Shown one piece after another: positions 63,488 to 64,000 of a stretch of 64,000 bases of DNA (position 1 is its first letter; every line of letters starts with the position of its first letter). The notes below the pieces were generated by a model. The model saw only the letters and a program-made list of their open reading frames with translations, had not been told where the DNA came from and did no database searches. This DNA is from Tubulanus polymorphus (lineage: Eukaryota > Animalia > Nemertea): assembly GCF_964204645.1 (NCBI RefSeq), contig NC_134028.1, positions 17,801,653 through 17,865,652 of the forward strand, in the 5' to 3' direction. Position numbers and translations under genes: made by a program.

Positions 63488-64000
63488 AGGGTAACTGACA
63501 GATAATTACAATCTGGTATTTTTAGATGTCTAAAATCATATAGAAACTACATAAGAAGTTTTAAGAAAAAAAAATTGTATTTGAACTCGGTGTGCTCAAT
63601 TATCATATAAAAGCGGTCGCCTTTGTTTACATATTTCCGACTGTACACGTGCGAATTAACCACGTGTCATGCTGACGTCACAGCATGAATAACAACATCG
63701 AACCAGCATGGCGTCTACTGATAACTCGAACTCGAACACCAGTCCGTCAGATTATTCATCTGATAGTTCAACAAGCAACTCTGATGTGTCAGATATCATG
63801 TCTTCAACATCTGGAGATTCAGAAAATGAAGAAGTCATTGGGCCGTATCTATACGAACCGGAGCCAGATGAGACAAATGTATCCATTGTTCCATCGAACA
63901 ATCCCGACAGACTCAATAGGCTGAACCTGGATAATTTACACGAATGGTGGGTTTGATATTTGCTAATATGTGTTTGTATCTTTATATATAAATGCATTTT
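63488..64000 (+). mobile_element. Kolobok-like element end with first exon (63708-63946) of a KolX/P2X7-ballast-like gene
   Basis: TTAA|AGGGTAACTG terminus; TGACGTCA upstream; S/D-rich stretch then PYLYEP...RL..NLHEW with a TG|gtggg donor. Confidence 0.6.

Overview
This is animal genomic DNA, not prokaryotic: AT-rich, with GT-AG introns, and the repeat types suggest a marine invertebrate such as a lophotrochozoan (inference). The window holds 16 consecutive, phase-compatible coding exons of VWA8 (KIAA0564, a dynein/midasin-like AAA+ ATPase) on the minus strand at 63306->2334; both ends of the gene lie outside the window. Introns range from about 70 bp to 22 kb, and the large ones are stacks of nested transposons. 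These include two near-full-length piggyBacs plus a deleted one, an internally deleted BEL/Pao LTR element (GATAC TSD, tRNA-His PBS), two Kolobok-like ends (THAP gene; KolX/P2X7-ballast-like exon), a CR1/L2-type LINE remnant, a DIRS-like right end, pogo-, Harbinger- and hAT-like MITEs, a tRNA-SINE, and many Helentron/DINE-1-like elements carrying ~154-bp or 31-bp tandem arrays. Most notable: (i) a head-to-tail Helentron-like family carrying a captured LINE RT fragment that lacks the (Y/F)ADD motif; (ii) a spliced piggyBac transposase with a duplicated symmetric exon that looks like intron gain; (iii) a very AT-rich zinc-finger ORF resembling a Polinton/virus accessory gene; (iv) a Reeler-like fragment between hAT-like TIRs. 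I found no intact novel multi-gene system. All family assignments come from motif recognition by eye, not database searches.
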